From Coleofasciculus sp. B1-GNL1-01 (GTDB taxonomy: Bacteria; Cyanobacteriota; Cyanobacteriia; Cyanobacteriales; Coleofasciculaceae), in assembly GCA_040220235.1 (NCBI GenBank), contig JAVJTO010000096.1: 64,000 nucleotides of DNA. One strand, written 5' to 3'. Positions 8,314 through 19,665 of this stretch are shown one piece after another. Made by a program: the position numbers and the translations under genes. The notes below the pieces were generated by a model, which was not told the DNA's origin, did not search any database, and saw only the letters and a list, made by a program, of their open reading frames with translations. Positions within the stretch are counted from its first letter, which is position 1. Every line of letters begins with the position of its first letter.

Positions 8314-10971
8314 TTAAATATGAAGGGGTGGCTTCGTCACCTTCAACCCGGCTTCTTCTTGCACATATTCCTCAATGTCAATCGTGACTGGTTCAACCTT
8401 CCAGATCTCTTGACAATACTCTCGGATCGTGCGGTCTGAGGAAAACTTCCCAGTGCGAGCTGTATTCAAAATGGACATCCGAATCCAATTCTCTTGGTCA
8501 CGATAGGCGTGACTGACACGATCTTGGCAATCGATATAGGATTGATAGTCAGCAAACAACAGGTACTCGTCTTTGTAGAGGAGTGAATCCACAATTGGCT
8601 TAAACAAGTCCGGATGCTCAGGACAGAAGTCACCTGAAGCAATGCGCTCAATCACTTCTTTTAATTGAGCATTACTATGGTAGTAGTCCATCGGGTTGTA
8701 GCCCCGGGATTTCAAGTCATAGACCTCTTGTGCGGTTAAACCAAATAAGAAGAAATTATCAGCCCCTACAGCTTCCCGAATCTCAATATTTGCTCCATCT
8801 AGGGTGCCAATAGTTAGCGCTCCATTCAGGGCAAACTTCATATTGCCTGTGCCGGAAGCTTCTTTACCTGCCATGGAAATTTGCTCGGACAGATTTGCCG
8901 CCGGGTAAATTTTCTGACCCAAGGAGACAGAAAATCCTTCCATAAACACCACTTTAATCCGACCAGCGACATCGGGGTCGTTGTTGACCACTTTAGCCAC
9001 AGCATTAATCAACCGGATCACCAACTTCGCCATATAATAGCCTGGAGCTGCCTTGCCTGCAAAAATGAAGGTTCGGGGCAGAATTTCGATGCCCGGATTG
9101 CGCTTAATCCGGTTGTAGAGGGTAATGATAAACAAGACATCGAGCAACTGACGCTTGTATTCATGTAATCGCTTCACCTGGACATCAAACATGGAATTGG
9201 GATCGACTTCCACGTCATTAAACAGCAAAATATAATCCACTAACTCTTGCTTGTGCTGCTGCTTAATCTCGACAAACCGTTGGCGAAACTCTGGATCATC
9301 GGCAAAGGCTTCCAGTTTTTGCAACTCTTGCAGGTGAGTCACCCAATTGTCACCGATTTTTTCCGTGATTAAGTTGGAAAGTTGGGGATTACTCAGTAAG
9401 AGCCAGCGACGTGGGGTAATGCCATTGGTTTTGTTGTTGAATCGTTCGGGGAACATTTCATAGAAATCGTGCAGCACTCGCTGCTTGAGCAACTCTGTGT
9501 GGAGTGCGGCGACGCCGTTAATGCTATGGCTACCAAGACAAGCTAAATGTGCCATGCGGACGAATTTTTCCCCACCTTCCTCAATCAGGGACATGCGTTG
9601 TACTCGCTCCCCATCACCCGGATATTTCACTTTGATCTGTTCCAGGAAGCGGTGATTAATTTCGTAGATAATTTCTAGATGTCGAGGAAGCAAACGCTCG
9701 AATAAGCTGACGGGCCAACGCTCTAGGGCTTCGGCTAGCAGGGTATGGTTGGTATAGCCAAAGGTGTGCTTGGTGATGTACCAGGCTCGGTTCCATCCCA
9801 ATTGATATTTATCCACCAACAACCGCATTAACTCGGCAATCCCAATCGAGGGATGGGTGTCATTGAGTTGGATGGCGATTTTTTCGTGGAACTGGTCAAA
9901 ATTTCGGTGAGTGCGGCGGTAGGTATGAATGATGTCTTGTAGAGAACAGCTCACGAAGAAATACTGCTGTTCCAAGCGCAGTTGTTGACCTTGAGAAGTA
10001 TTATCGTTGGGATACAGGACTTTTGAGATATTCTCGGAGAATATCTTGTCTGTCACCGCACCCGAATAGTCTCCACTGTCAAATACTTGGAAGTTAAACT
10101 CTTCGGAGGCTCCGGCTCGCCACAGCCGTAGCGTATTGACGGTGTTGTTATGGTATCCCGGTACAGGGGTATCGTAGGGGGTTCCTAAGACTTTGCGATC
10201 GGGAATCCAACGCACCCGATACTGACCCTTCTCATCATGATACCCTTCGGTATGTCCGCCAAACTTGACGACAACGGTTAATTCGGGACGGCGGATTTCC
10301 CAAGGGTTGCCGAAACGCAGCCATTTATCAGGATGTTCGACTTGAGCCCCTTCTTCAATACGCTGATCGAAGATACCAAATTCATAGCGAATTCCATAGC
10401 CAACGGCGGGAATTTCTAAGGTGGCGAGGGAATCCAGAAAACAGGCGGCTAAACGCCCTAACCCGCCATTTCCCAGTCCAGGTTCGGGTTCGAGTGCCAT
10501 TAAGTCATCCAGCTTTAATCCGGATTCTTCTAAGGCTTGACACACTCGGTCGTACATATTCAGGTTGAGCAAGTTATTGCTTAACTGACGACCCATTAAA
10601 AACTCTGCTGAGAGATAATAAACGGACTTGACCTCTTTTTGCAGGTAGGTTGTCGCGGTATTAATCCACCGATGCAGCAAGCGATCGCGTACCGTGTAAG
10701 CCAGAGCCATGTAGTAATCGTAGGGGGTAGCTAAGAACTCGTTCTTGCCCTGGATATAGTACAAGTTATCGGCAAAGGCACGTTTTAGCGTCTCTACCGT
10801 CATCCCGGTGCGATCGTCTTCTACTTGAATTTCCGGGAGGCAGACATTCGACTGGATGGGTTGATCGCTATTGGGTTCAAAAACTTGGTTATTCATAGAC
10901 TGGTTGTTACTGATGACACGATTTAATATCGTTCCCCCTGCTACTCTAGTCTCTAAAATTGGCGATGCCAA
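8314..10971 (-). CDS. glgP: Glycogen phosphorylase (likely start 10896)
   Basis: [29 protein letters not shown] (PLP lysine), FSSDRTI motifs. Confidence 0.97.
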   Translation of the reverse strand: MASPILETRVAGGTILNRVISNNQSMNNQVFEPNSDQPIQSNVCLPEIQVEDDRTGMTVETLKRAFADNLYYIQGKNEFLATPYDYYMALAYTVRDRLLHRWINTATTYLQKEVKSVYYLSAEFLMGRQLSNNLLNLNMYDRVCQALEESGLKLDDLMALEPEPGLGNGGLGRLAACFLDSLATLEIPAVGYGIRYEFGIFDQRIEEGAQVEHPDKWLRFGNPWEIRRPELTVVVKFGGHTEGYHDEKGQYRVRWIPDRKVLGTPYDTPVPGYHNNTVNTLRLWRAGASEEFNFQVFDSGDYSGAVTDKIFSENISKVLYPNDNTSQGQQLRLEQQYFFVSCSLQDIIHTYRRTHRNFDQFHEKIAIQLNDTHPSIGIAELMRLLVDKYQLGWNRAWYITKHTFGYTNHTLLAEALERWPVSLFERLLPRHLEIIYEINHRFLEQIKVKYPGDGERVQRMSLIEEGGEKFVRMAHLACLGSHSINGVAALHTELLKQRVLHDFYEMFPERFNNKTNGITPRRWLLLSNPQLSNLITEKIGDNWVTHLQELQKLEAFADDPEFRQRFVEIKQQHKQELVDYILLFNDVEVDPNSMFDVQVKRLHEYKRQLLDVLFIITLYNRIKRNPGIEILPRTFIFAGKAAPGYYMAKLVIRLINAVAKVVNNDPDVAGRIKVVFMEGFSVSLGQKIYPAANLSEQISMAGKEASGTGNMKFALNGALTIGTLDGANIEIREAVGADNFFLFGLTAQEVYDLKSRGYNPMDYYHSNAQLKEVIERIASGDFCPEHPDLFKPIVDSLLYKDEYLLFADYQSYIDCQDRVSHAYRDQENWIRMSILNTARTGKFSSDRTIREYCQEIWKVEPVTIDIEEYVQEEAGLKVTKPPLHI

Positions 10972-11611
10972 GGTATCAGACGTTGGGGTTTGCTTTCGCT
11001 CTATCCGTCAGCTTAACCGCATCAGACCGCGATCCGGAACGTCTGTGTAAAAATCTGTTATGCCTTGGCGCTAAGTGGTTGGTGGAGTCTTTTCCTCTTC
11101 AGGTGCGATCGCGCTCGTAAACTGCTCGGTATAATCTCTCCTAACCAAAAATTGATGTAATCCCCTTTTTAGCTGGGGTACTTTTTCCTTCTACCCCTTC
11201 TGCCCTAGAGGATTACCGAATTACTGTCCTCCCCGTCTTCTGTCTTGGGATAGATGAAGGATCACCTTTTGGAGACTTCTACTAGCGCCGCTTCCTACCC
11301 AACCTCTATTTTGTATGGATAGTTACCAAAACTATTTGTTAAATTTCTGGATTTTAGGCTGATTTTATATCAAAAGATACTTTATGAGGCTATGGAATTG
11401 CTATACCATCCATTCTAGCTAATCAGTCTAGCTGCCAAATCATAATCATTTACTGAACTATCCTTCAGTAACATTCGCTACTTATACTTCCCGGTTATGA
11501 CTTTGGACAGAGGTTCTGCGGGAACATTTCTACTGACTGATGACTTGTCTTAGTTAGCGATTCGCGGATCTGTGGTTAGCAACTGTTGATGAAATCAGGA
11601 GATAGGCAATT

Positions 11612-11815
11612 ATGGGAGTCAAAACTTGTCTTTGTTGTGGTCATCCCCTCTTACGCCACGTAAGACGGCAAGGTATTTATTGGTTTTGCACAGTTTGCCA
11701 TCAGGAGATGATTCCCCTGAAGCCAAGCCAGTCACCTATTCGTATCGATACTCTCAAGCTTATGCCAAACAGTCAGATTTTGCGATCGCGTCCCCTAGAA
11801 ACCGTTCAATCTTAG
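11612..11815 (+). CDS. Small zinc-ribbon-like cyanobacterial protein
   Basis: CLCC...LLRHVR...YWFCTVCHQEM pattern; AGGAG upstream. Confidence 0.7.
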   Translation: MGVKTCLCCGHPLLRHVRRQGIYWFCTVCHQEMIPLKPSQSPIRIDTLKLMPNSQILRSRPLETVQS

Positions 11816-11830
11816 CCTATCTTATGCCTT

Positions 11831-11982
11831 TAAGCTGTTCGGCATTTAAACCTTAATATCAATAATGGCGCAATCCTTGCCGTAGTGCGTTTAGCGAAGC
11901 CATGCCGCAGGCTTTGCATCTTGCTCGCTGCATTGAGCATCTTGCTCGCTACTAATACCCAATTTAAATGCATGACAGCTTA
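11831..11982. mobile_element. MITE family A, full copy
   Basis: Terminal inverted repeats TAAGCTGT..GCATTTAAA / TTTAAATGC..ACAGCTTA; inverted near-copy at 62335-62487. Confidence 0.8.
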
Positions 11983-12012
11983 TTCTGAGTTTTCACAGTA
12001 TATGGCATCTCT

Positions 12013-12095
12013 GTAGGGGCGGGTTTCACTACTATCTTTTCGGTTGTACCCAGATGTAACTAAACCCGTCCAGACGTTGCATGCAACGTCTCTAC
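12013..12095. repeat. Two adjacent GTAG-anchored REP-like palindromes
   Basis: GTAGGGGCGGGTTT...AAACCCGTCC and AGACGTTGCATGCAACGTCTCTAC. Confidence 0.75.
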
Positions 12096-12115
12096 CCAGG
12101 TTTTTAACGGACTAA

Positions 12116-13393
12116 TCAACGGCTCACCTTTTTCTTTTTGGTTAGCCATAATCCTGTAGCGAATGCCATCAGTCCAGCTAAACTTCTAGGTTCGGGTACG
12201 GACACTGGATCACTTGGGCTATCGTCACCAATACTATCATCTGGGTGATCAGGAATCTCGTCATCGGGAGTATTGTCGATTGGATCATCGGCAACATCAT
12301 CATCACTCGGTAAGTTTTCATCAATGTCATCCCCTGGATCGTTTACCACAGGAGGCGTAGGTGTTGGATTGTCTACAACAGGAGGTGTAGGTACTGGATT
12401 GTCTACAACAGGAGGCGTTGGAGGCTGCCAACTGGTTAGAATATCGTCGATCCAATTCGTGTAAAATGACGCACGGGTATCAAAGGAAAACTCGCCAAAG
12501 GAAGAATTGAGGGCATCGTCAATATCAGAGGAAATACCATTCAGGTAATAAACTCGTAAACCAAAGGAAGTCACTCCTGCGATCGCGCCATCAATAAATG
12601 TGGGACTTCCAGAATCTCCTAGTGCTGAGTTAACTTCATTTAACCCCAAACCTAAGTCAGCATAATCATCGCCAAACCAATAGCCAAAAGCATCATTCGC
12701 GGCAAGTCCGTTGTCAAAGTCGTAAGCTAATAAGGCGTCACTGAAGTTATCGGATAATAGTTGATTAAACAAATCCCCGGAAGCATCATAACGATTCTGA
12801 CCGGAACGCTTCAAGCCATCCCAAAATTCATCACCAACGTTACCATTTCCAGATTGACCATAACCGACTTTATCGCCAACTTTACCCACTTCGTTGTTAT
12901 TTCGATAAATGTCATAGCGATCGACTGTATCTGGGGCAATATCGGTTAGCTCTAAAATGGCAATATCATAGCCATTAGATAAATCACCCGTCCAGTCATC
13001 ATGAACAAAGATATCAGCAATGGAGAGATTGACATCACCTGTGGATAAGTCAAACGTGGCTGTGCCATCCCAAACATCTAAAGTCCCAAAATCATCAGTG
13101 AGGCAATGAGCCGCCGTGAGAATATGAGCGCCTGTTCCTAATAATCCACCTGTACAAGAACTTCCCCAAAAACCACCTAGAGAAAGTTGAGCGACGCCAT
13201 CATATCCCGTTCCGGGAGACACAAGATAATCATCAGGATTGCCTGTTGTCCTATAGAGGGGCTGGACTTGTGTCTGAATTGAGGTATTATTTAAATTCGC
13301 GGCTTTAGCAGGTACAACAGTAACGAAAGGAGTGAGTAAACTTACTGCAGACAGAAGAGTTAGGGACTTGAAGCTAGACAAAGTGAAAGTCAT
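12116..13393 (-). CDS. Secreted trypsin-like serine protease with a PEP-CTERM sorting signal
   Basis: Signal peptide; triad motifs TAAHC, YDIAIL, GDSGSP; (PTPPVVDN)x3 linker; C-terminal VPEP-hydrophobic-KKKK. Confidence 0.88.
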   Translation of the reverse strand: MTFTLSSFKSLTLLSAVSLLTPFVTVVPAKAANLNNTSIQTQVQPLYRTTGNPDDYLVSPGTGYDGVAQLSLGGFWGSSCTGGLLGTGAHILTAAHCLTDDFGTLDVWDGTATFDLSTGDVNLSIADIFVHDDWTGDLSNGYDIAILELTDIAPDTVDRYDIYRNNNEVGKVGDKVGYGQSGNGNVGDEFWDGLKRSGQNRYDASGDLFNQLLSDNFSDALLAYDFDNGLAANDAFGYWFGDDYADLGLGLNEVNSALGDSGSPTFIDGAIAGVTSFGLRVYYLNGISSDIDDALNSSFGEFSFDTRASFYTNWIDDILTSWQPPTPPVVDNPVPTPPVVDNPTPTPPVVNDPGDDIDENLPSDDDVADDPIDNTPDDEIPDHPDDSIGDDSPSDPVSVPEPRSLAGLMAFATGLWLTKKKKVSR

Positions 13394-13578
13394 AGTTACA
13401 CCGGAATGAAGGAGTCACGATTAAACGGTTCACTGTCATCTGTCTCTGAGGGATTGACCCTTATGCACTTTTTTGAGAGTTGTAACGTTTATTCATAACC
13501 GGGATGAAATTTTTACCAACGTGCATAAGTTCCCACTGCTGAGAGATATATACTAGAAAAGTATGGTTTGGGTTCAAA

Positions 13579-16500
13579 TTGGTGATGAATCAAAGCTGGA
13601 AATATTGGTGGTGGACATTCGCCGGGATTGTTGGAATTGGCGGCGTTTTTGCGTTCTGGGATACGGCTGCTGTGGCTCAGATTACACCGGATACTACCCT
13701 AGGAACTGAAAATTCCGTGGTTACGCCCAATGTAGATATCCAGGGACTTCCGGCGGATTTAATTGAAGGTGGGGCGACACGGGACGCGGCGTTGTTTCAC
13801 AGTTTCTCTGAGTTTAATGTTGGCGAGGGATTGCGGGTTTATTTCGCCAATCCGGTGGGGATTGAAACGATTTTCAGTCGGGTGACGGGGAGTGATGTCT
13901 CGGATATTTTGGGAACGTTGGGAGTCAATGGGGACGCCAGTTTATTTTTGTTGAATCCCAATGGGATTATTTTTGGAGAAAATGCGCGGTTGGATATCGC
14001 GGGTTCGTTTGTGGCGTCTACGGCGAATTCTGTGGTGTTGGAGAATGGGGTGGAGTTTAGCGCTACGAATCCTGAAGCACCGCCGTTATTAACGATTAAT
14101 TTAACACCAGGATTGCAGTATGGGTCAAATTCAAACGGAAAGATTGCCAATGCTGGGACGTTAGAAGTGGGTGTCGGTGAAACCCTGAGTTTGTATGGCA
14201 ATACTGTCACCAATACCGGGATACTGACAGCACCCGGAGGAACAGTACAGGTATTAGGCGATCGCGTGGGATTGTTCGAGAATGCTCAAATTGATGTCTC
14301 CAGCGAGATGGGAGGCGGTACGGTATTGATTGGTATAGCTGAGGAAGCGAATAACCTATACATTCCATCAGTTACTCATGCTAATCGAACCTTTGTCAGT
14401 CCTGATACCATTATCAATGCCAATGGAATTAGCAATAGTGATGGTGGTAACGTATTGGTTTGGTCGGATGAAGTCACTCATTTTTATGGCACGATTAGCG
14501 CCCGTGGGGGTGAAATGTCTGGTAATGGTGGCTTTGTGGAGGTTTCGGGGAAAGACGTTTTAGAGTTTGATGGATTAGTCGATACGACTGCCGCGAATGG
14601 AACAACGGGAACACTACTCCTTGATCCGACAAATATCGAAGTTGTACTTTTTGCAAATGAAACTGATAATTTAAATGATGTTGATGGGTTTGCTGATCCA
14701 GATATTGGGGCTGATGGTGACACCAAAATTAATGCGACGGCGATTAACAATGCTGCGGCGGATGTCGTGCTTCAGGCGACCAATAATATTATTTTTAATG
14801 CTGCCGTTAATATCCGACAATCTGGCATCGGACTTACCGCCCAAGCCGGCAACACGATTACCGTTAATCGACGCATTGCCACGCCGGGTGGTGATATCCA
14901 ATTAATCGGTGGCATAACCTCTAATAATGGTTCTATTTTTATCAACGACGATGTTCGCTCTCGTGGGGGAGATATCGTTCTCCAAGCTGGTGGTGATATC
15001 GTAGTCGAGGAGGCGACAGTCAATACCGAATCGGGGTTTCTCGGAGATTCGGGAGACATGACGATTGAAACAGGGCGGTTAATTCTTCAGAATAAAGGAC
15101 AGGTAGACACCAGTACATTTGGATTGGGTAACGCCGGGAATCTAGATGTCCGGGCGACTGAAATTGAAATGACTGAATCCGTGAACGCTTCATCTAATAT
15201 TCTTACAGGTATTGCTGCACAAACCAATCGAGGTTCTAGTGGCAATGCGGGTAGGATTACCATTGAAACAGAACAGTTAACCGCTGGAAATGGCGCACAA
15301 ATAACTGCAACAACATCGGGTTCTGGAAATGCTGGAGAAATCATTGTCAGAGCGTCGGAAATTGAACTAATTGGCGACTCGTCATTCAATGGTTTTCCGA
15401 GTGGAATTTTGGCTAACAATCAACCGGGAAGCACAGGAGTCAGTGGCAAAATAACGATTGAAACCGAACGATTAATTGCCCGTGATGGTGCAGGGGTTTA
15501 TGTTTCCACGTTTACGGGTGAAGAGGGTGGGGAGCTAACTGTTCAAGCCTCTGAGATTGAATTAACCGGAACGGGCAAGATTTATCCCAGCGCTTTGTCT
15601 GCTCAAGCGCATCCAGGCGCAACCGGAAATGCTGGGCAAGTAACGATTGAAACCGATCAGTTAATTGCTCGCAATGGGGGGACTATCACAACGGCGTCAA
15701 CGGCTGGCAATGGTGGAAATCAGACAATTCAAGCCACCGATTTTATCGACCTAGCTAATGGCGGGTCTATAGTGGCTAACGCGGCGGCAGGATTTGGTGG
15801 GACTATCTCGATGGAAACGAGAAATTTGACCCTTGAAAATGGGGGAATTATTAACACTAGCACGACGGGTCAAGGCGATGCTGGCAGTATTGCCATTCGC
15901 CAATCCGAATCCGTTACGGTAGACAAAGGGAGTGTGATCTCAAGTCTATCGTTTGGTTCAGGAATAGGGGGTAATCTTTTAATCGAAACGGGAACTCTTA
16001 CGATTCGTGATGGTAGTGGTGTGGTCACCAGTACAGCGGGTCAAGGGAGTGCGGGAAACCTAACAGTACAAGCCAAAAACTCGGTTAATGTAATCCGTGA
16101 TGGTCTATTATCAACAGGTACTCTCGGTACAGGAACTGGTGGAAACCTTTTAATCGAAACCCGAAGTTTAAATGTCCAAGACGAGGGTAAAGTTTTCAGT
16201 AGCAGTTTAGATGCCAGTACATTTGATTTGAACAGTCTTGACCCGAACCTTTATTCACCTGATTTAATTGAACGAATTCGGAATAATGTTAATATAGCCG
16301 CTCAAGGAAATTTTACTCAAGGGGATTCAGGAAACCTGATTGTTATTGCCACAGACTCCGTAAATGTGGCGAAGAATGGAGTGATTTCGACACAAGGTCG
16401 GGGTGAAGCATCCGGTGGCGATTTAACCATAAATACCCAACAGTTAACGGTTGATAACGCTGGTGCAATCGTCACGGATACCTTTGGTTCTGGTAATTCA

Positions 16501-17661
16501 GGAAACTTAACCATTAGTGCCAACGATACGGTCAATGTTATCGGTTTTGGCAGCGATATTACCACTCAAACTCGTCCCGACAGTATAGGAAACGGGGGAA
16601 CTCTTACCATTACCACCGGACAATTAAGAATAGAGGATGAAGCCGCCGTATCCTCTGGCACATTTGGTCAAGGATTGGGTGGAGATATTCAGTTGCAAGG
16701 GAATTCTCTGGAACTCGCCAATCGCGGACGTATCACCAGTCGCAGTGAAGGGTTGAACAATGCTGGCAATATTTTCATCCGTTTGAATGATGAGCTGCGA
16801 TCGCGTCAAGGTCAAGTTGTGGCTACGTCCTTACAATTTGGTGGTGGTAATATCGATATCACGGCTCAAGATATTCTCCTGCGTAACAGCAGTCTAATTA
16901 GCACGAGTGTATTTGATAGTACAGGTGGCGGTGGCAATATTCAGATAAACTCTAATAGTTTTGTGGCTCTGGAGGACAGCGATATTCTAGCAAATGCTGA
17001 TGCTGGACCCGGAGGCGATATTATCATTAACTCCTCAGTATTTCTGGCTGATTTGTTTTCGAGTGATCGGGCGATTCCAGTCGGTCGTAATCCGGGTGAC
17101 TTAGATCGGTTTCGCCGTAATGGTGAGGTCGATATTTCGGTGGACTTTGCTCAGTTTTCTGGTAATCAGCCAGTTAATGTCGTTGATATTGTCGAGAATG
17201 TGAATCGATTTCGCATTAATGAGCGCGTTGATATCTCCGCCGACTCTCGAACAGGTCGCGATGGTTCAGTTACCACTCCCGTACCTTTCTTTGGTCAAGG
17301 GTTAACCGAGTTACCGACTAATTTTGTTGATGCAGAACGCCTGATTGACCGTTCCTGCAATGCGGGAGGTGCAGCCTTAGCTAGTAGCTTTATTTTCACA
17401 GGTCGTGGTGGTATTCCACCGAGTCCTCTGGATGTTCTGGAGAGTGACGTGATGGTCAGTGATTGGGTAACTTTAGATGAGGAGACTCCAACCCAAACGC
17501 AACCAGAATCTGTCACGTCCAATTCAAATCAACCTCGGCAAATTATTGAAGCGCAAGGGTGGGTAAAATTGGCAAATGGGCAGATTGTTTTGGTAGCGGA
17601 ATCGCCCACCGTAACCCCTCAGGTGAATTGGCAAAACGCCACCGACTGTGAAAGTCCTTAA
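13579..17661 (+). CDS. Filamentous haemagglutinin-family (TpsA-like) exoprotein
   Basis: AQITPD start, LFHSFSEFNV, LNPNGIIFG secretion domain, many GNAGxIxI beta-helix repeats, C-terminal TGRGG..P and EAQGW motifs. Confidence 0.9.
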   Translation: MVMNQSWKYWWWTFAGIVGIGGVFAFWDTAAVAQITPDTTLGTENSVVTPNVDIQGLPADLIEGGATRDAALFHSFSEFNVGEGLRVYFANPVGIETIFSRVTGSDVSDILGTLGVNGDASLFLLNPNGIIFGENARLDIAGSFVASTANSVVLENGVEFSATNPEAPPLLTINLTPGLQYGSNSNGKIANAGTLEVGVGETLSLYGNTVTNTGILTAPGGTVQVLGDRVGLFENAQIDVSSEMGGGTVLIGIAEEANNLYIPSVTHANRTFVSPDTIINANGISNSDGGNVLVWSDEVTHFYGTISARGGEMSGNGGFVEVSGKDVLEFDGLVDTTAANGTTGTLLLDPTNIEVVLFANETDNLNDVDGFADPDIGADGDTKINATAINNAAADVVLQATNNIIFNAAVNIRQSGIGLTAQAGNTITVNRRIATPGGDIQLIGGITSNNGSIFINDDVRSRGGDIVLQAGGDIVVEEATVNTESGFLGDSGDMTIETGRLILQNKGQVDTSTFGLGNAGNLDVRATEIEMTESVNASSNILTGIAAQTNRGSSGNAGRITIETEQLTAGNGAQITATTSGSGNAGEIIVRASEIELIGDSSFNGFPSGILANNQPGSTGVSGKITIETERLIARDGAGVYVSTFTGEEGGELTVQASEIELTGTGKIYPSALSAQAHPGATGNAGQVTIETDQLIARNGGTITTASTAGNGGNQTIQATDFIDLANGGSIVANAAAGFGGTISMETRNLTLENGGIINTSTTGQGDAGSIAIRQSESVTVDKGSVISSLSFGSGIGGNLLIETGTLTIRDGSGVVTSTAGQGSAGNLTVQAKNSVNVIRDGLLSTGTLGTGTGGNLLIETRSLNVQDEGKVFSSSLDASTFDLNSLDPNLYSPDLIERIRNNVNIAAQGNFTQGDSGNLIVIATDSVNVAKNGVISTQGRGEASGGDLTINTQQLTVDNAGAIVTDTFGSGNSGNLTISANDTVNVIGFGSDITTQTRPDSIGNGGTLTITTGQLRIEDEAAVSSGTFGQGLGGDIQLQGNSLELANRGRITSRSEGLNNAGNIFIRLNDELRSRQGQVVATSLQFGGGNIDITAQDILLRNSSLISTSVFDSTGGGGNIQINSNSFVALEDSDILANADAGPGGDIIINSSVFLADLFSSDRAIPVGRNPGDLDRFRRNGEVDISVDFAQFSGNQPVNVVDIVENVNRFRINERVDISADSRTGRDGSVTTPVPFFGQGLTELPTNFVDAERLIDRSCNAGGAALASSFIFTGRGGIPPSPLDVLESDVMVSDWVTLDEETPTQTQPESVTSNSNQPRQIIEAQGWVKLANGQIVLVAESPTVTPQVNWQNATDCESP

Positions 17662-17674
17662 TGAAAGCCCCATT

Positions 17675-18490
17675 CTAATCAATCGCCCGGAGGTTTAAAC
17701 CACGGGTTAAAAGGGGGTAATATAAGGGCGGGTTTTGTTGAGCAGTTATCGGTGAAAAGCTTATCTGAGTGACTAAACCCGCCCCTACAATTGATTGACT
17801 GTACGCTTGCCAAGCTAACTCTAAGGTTGCCATTTCACTCCAAAAATCATTGGTATTTCGCAACGCTAATAATCGTGAGGCGCATTCACCCCGGTTTATG
17901 ATACTGCACGCCCAGGTTACCAGATTTTCAAAGTTTACTGATTGTCCTGTGGGGTAACTCCAACGTGTGCCAAATTTAGCGATTTCTCCATTGGGATAAT
18001 ACCAGCGAGAGGCGATTTTTGCGGTTTGTCCGTTGGGATAGTTCCAAATTGCGCCAAATTTCGCCGTTTGTCCGTTGGGATACTGCCAATTATCACCAAT
18101 TTTTGCCCGTTGTCCATTCGGGTATTCAATAATTGCCCGTCCCCAAGTATCGGCTAATCCACAGGCGAATTGTTGCTGACTCTCGACTAATCGCACCAGA
18201 TTGTTGGTTCCGTCAGACAGTCGCGCCAGTCGTGTCATGATGGTGAGATCCAGACATTCCTGGCTAGCGGTTGGGGATGGAATCGTTTCTACTGCTGAGG
18301 GTTGGGCGGTGTCACAGTATTGCGCTTCTAGGGTAGCCAGGTTTTCGTCGTCTAAACCTTGTTGTATCGCGAGGCGACGTACCTGGCGAATTTGACGGCA
18401 TTGAGTCGGTGTGGCGTCAGCGCGATCGCGGCTTATGCCAAGCACCAGTAGGGGTAATAGTGATAGTACCACCTGAATCGCCTGTTTCAT
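17675..18490 (-). CDS. Secreted hypothetical protein with five 14-aa xYPNGQxAKxGxxW repeats
   Basis: Signal-peptide-like N-terminus; visible 42-bp tandem repeats; tail encoded by a REP element. Confidence 0.75.
   Translation of the reverse strand: MKQAIQVVLSLLPLLVLGISRDRADATPTQCRQIRQVRRLAIQQGLDDENLATLEAQYCDTAQPSAVETIPSPTASQECLDLTIMTRLARLSDGTNNLVRLVESQQQFACGLADTWGRAIIEYPNGQRAKIGDNWQYPNGQTAKFGAIWNYPNGQTAKIASRWYYPNGEIAKFGTRWSYPTGQSVNFENLVTWACSIINRGECASRLLALRNTNDFWSEMATLELAWQAYSQSIVGAGLVTQISFSPITAQQNPPLYYPLLTRGLNLRAID
17725..17788. repeat. REP-like element (AGGGCGGGTTTT...AAACCCGCCCCTAC) inside the 3' end of a CDS
   Basis: Same family as 12013, 36258, 51484 and 58340. Confidence 0.75.
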
Positions 18491-18837
18491 AGAGACAAAT
18501 AATCCTTATCTTCGATAATCCCCATATCTGAATTATTGTAAGGGATAAGGGGTCAAACCCCTCATTGGTTGATCAGAGTCTCCTTGGAGTTGATGAGTAA
18601 GTATCACTGGGAAATGACTGCTGAGAACGATGATAATCTCTGTTTACTAGCCTTCGACACAACAACGATAAAAGCTTTACTGGATGAAGGTTTCAAGGGT
18701 TTGAGGCGTCAGTTTAAAGTACAGTTCTCATATTTTGTCTGACTCAGCCTCAGTGTATATACGGATTTTGATTTCAGTAGTTATTAACAAATTCCCGTAA
18801 TTTACCCGATTTTTTCAGGCTAGGGTTTTGAATAAGA

Positions 18838-19371
18838 TTGACTTGTAAATCAAACAAAGCTTTTGAGGAATTCAAGTCAATGATTCGTAAGACCCTAATC
18901 GCTTCTACTTTAGTTCTGTGCGGTACTGTTGGATTCACTTCTTCGGCACAAGCTGAGGAAACTACCGATGTTCATTTTACCGCTAATGTTCCCGCATCTT
19001 GCACGTTTAGCGAGGTTAATAATGGAACTCTAGGACTCGTCACTGGAACTACATTAAGCAGTGCTATTGCTGATGGTGGTACAGCTGGTACTGCTAAACT
19101 TACCTGCAACAATGTTCTTGCCACACTAACAGCAGATGCTCCTGCCCAACAAGGAACAGTTGAGGGTTACGATCATAGTACAGCATTAACCACTGTTGGT
19201 GTTACAGGTACTGGTGCTAACGCTGTCGCTATTGTTGCACCTGCTACTCCAGCAGCCGTACCTCTTCCAGGTGAAACCAATCTGACAGTAAACATGTCAA
19301 CAACTCCGCTAACTGGATTTATTCCTAGTGGTGACTATGACTTTTTTGTGCGGTTGACTGTAGCTCCTTAG
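18838..19371 (+). CDS. Secreted pilin-like subunit (spore-coat-U/chaperone-usher type); likely start 18880
   Basis: Signal peptide ending AQA; VHFTANVPASC N-terminal strand, two Cys, Gly/Thr/Ala-rich, C-terminal GDYxxxVxLTV strand. Confidence 0.65.
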   Translation: MTCKSNKAFEEFKSMIRKTLIASTLVLCGTVGFTSSAQAEETTDVHFTANVPASCTFSEVNNGTLGLVTGTTLSSAIADGGTAGTAKLTCNNVLATLTADAPAQQGTVEGYDHSTALTTVGVTGTGANAVAIVAPATPAAVPLPGETNLTVNMSTTPLTGFIPSGDYDFFVRLTVAP

Positions 19372-19409
19372 CCACAAGGTTATTCGTCAATCTTCGCTTT
19401 TGTCTAGTC

Positions 19410-19457
19410 AATTAGCTGCTGGGGAAATCGAGGGGAATGTAACCCTAGCAGCTAATT
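19410..19457 (+). terminator. Strong stem-loop between the pilin-like and usher-like genes
   Basis: AATTAGCTGCTGGGG...CCCTAGCAGCTAATT inverted repeat; no clear U-tract. Confidence 0.6.
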
Positions 19458-19665
19458 ATTCGCTTGAACAATACTTGAACAGGCAAAATTTAGCACCATG
19501 TTTGATTACACTAAAAAAATTACCTTTTTTTCTAACCTTGCTGTCAAAGCGTTTCAAATTTGATGGTTGATTGTTCATCGTAGATTATTAATTGCTATGA
19601 ACAATAAACCATGAACTATAAACATAAAATACCACTTTTTTTAAGCAGACGTTAATATCTGCCCT

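Noticed and set aside
12345..12425. 27-bp tandem repeat as a separate element
   Set aside because: Encodes the Pro-rich linker of the protease
17940..18130. 42-bp periodic repeats as a CRISPR array
   Set aside because: In-frame coding repeats with no unique spacers and no cas genes
18491..18879. CRP-type site upstream of the pilin-like gene
   Set aside because: The best candidate has TGA-N7-TCA spacing, not TGTGA-N6-TCACA
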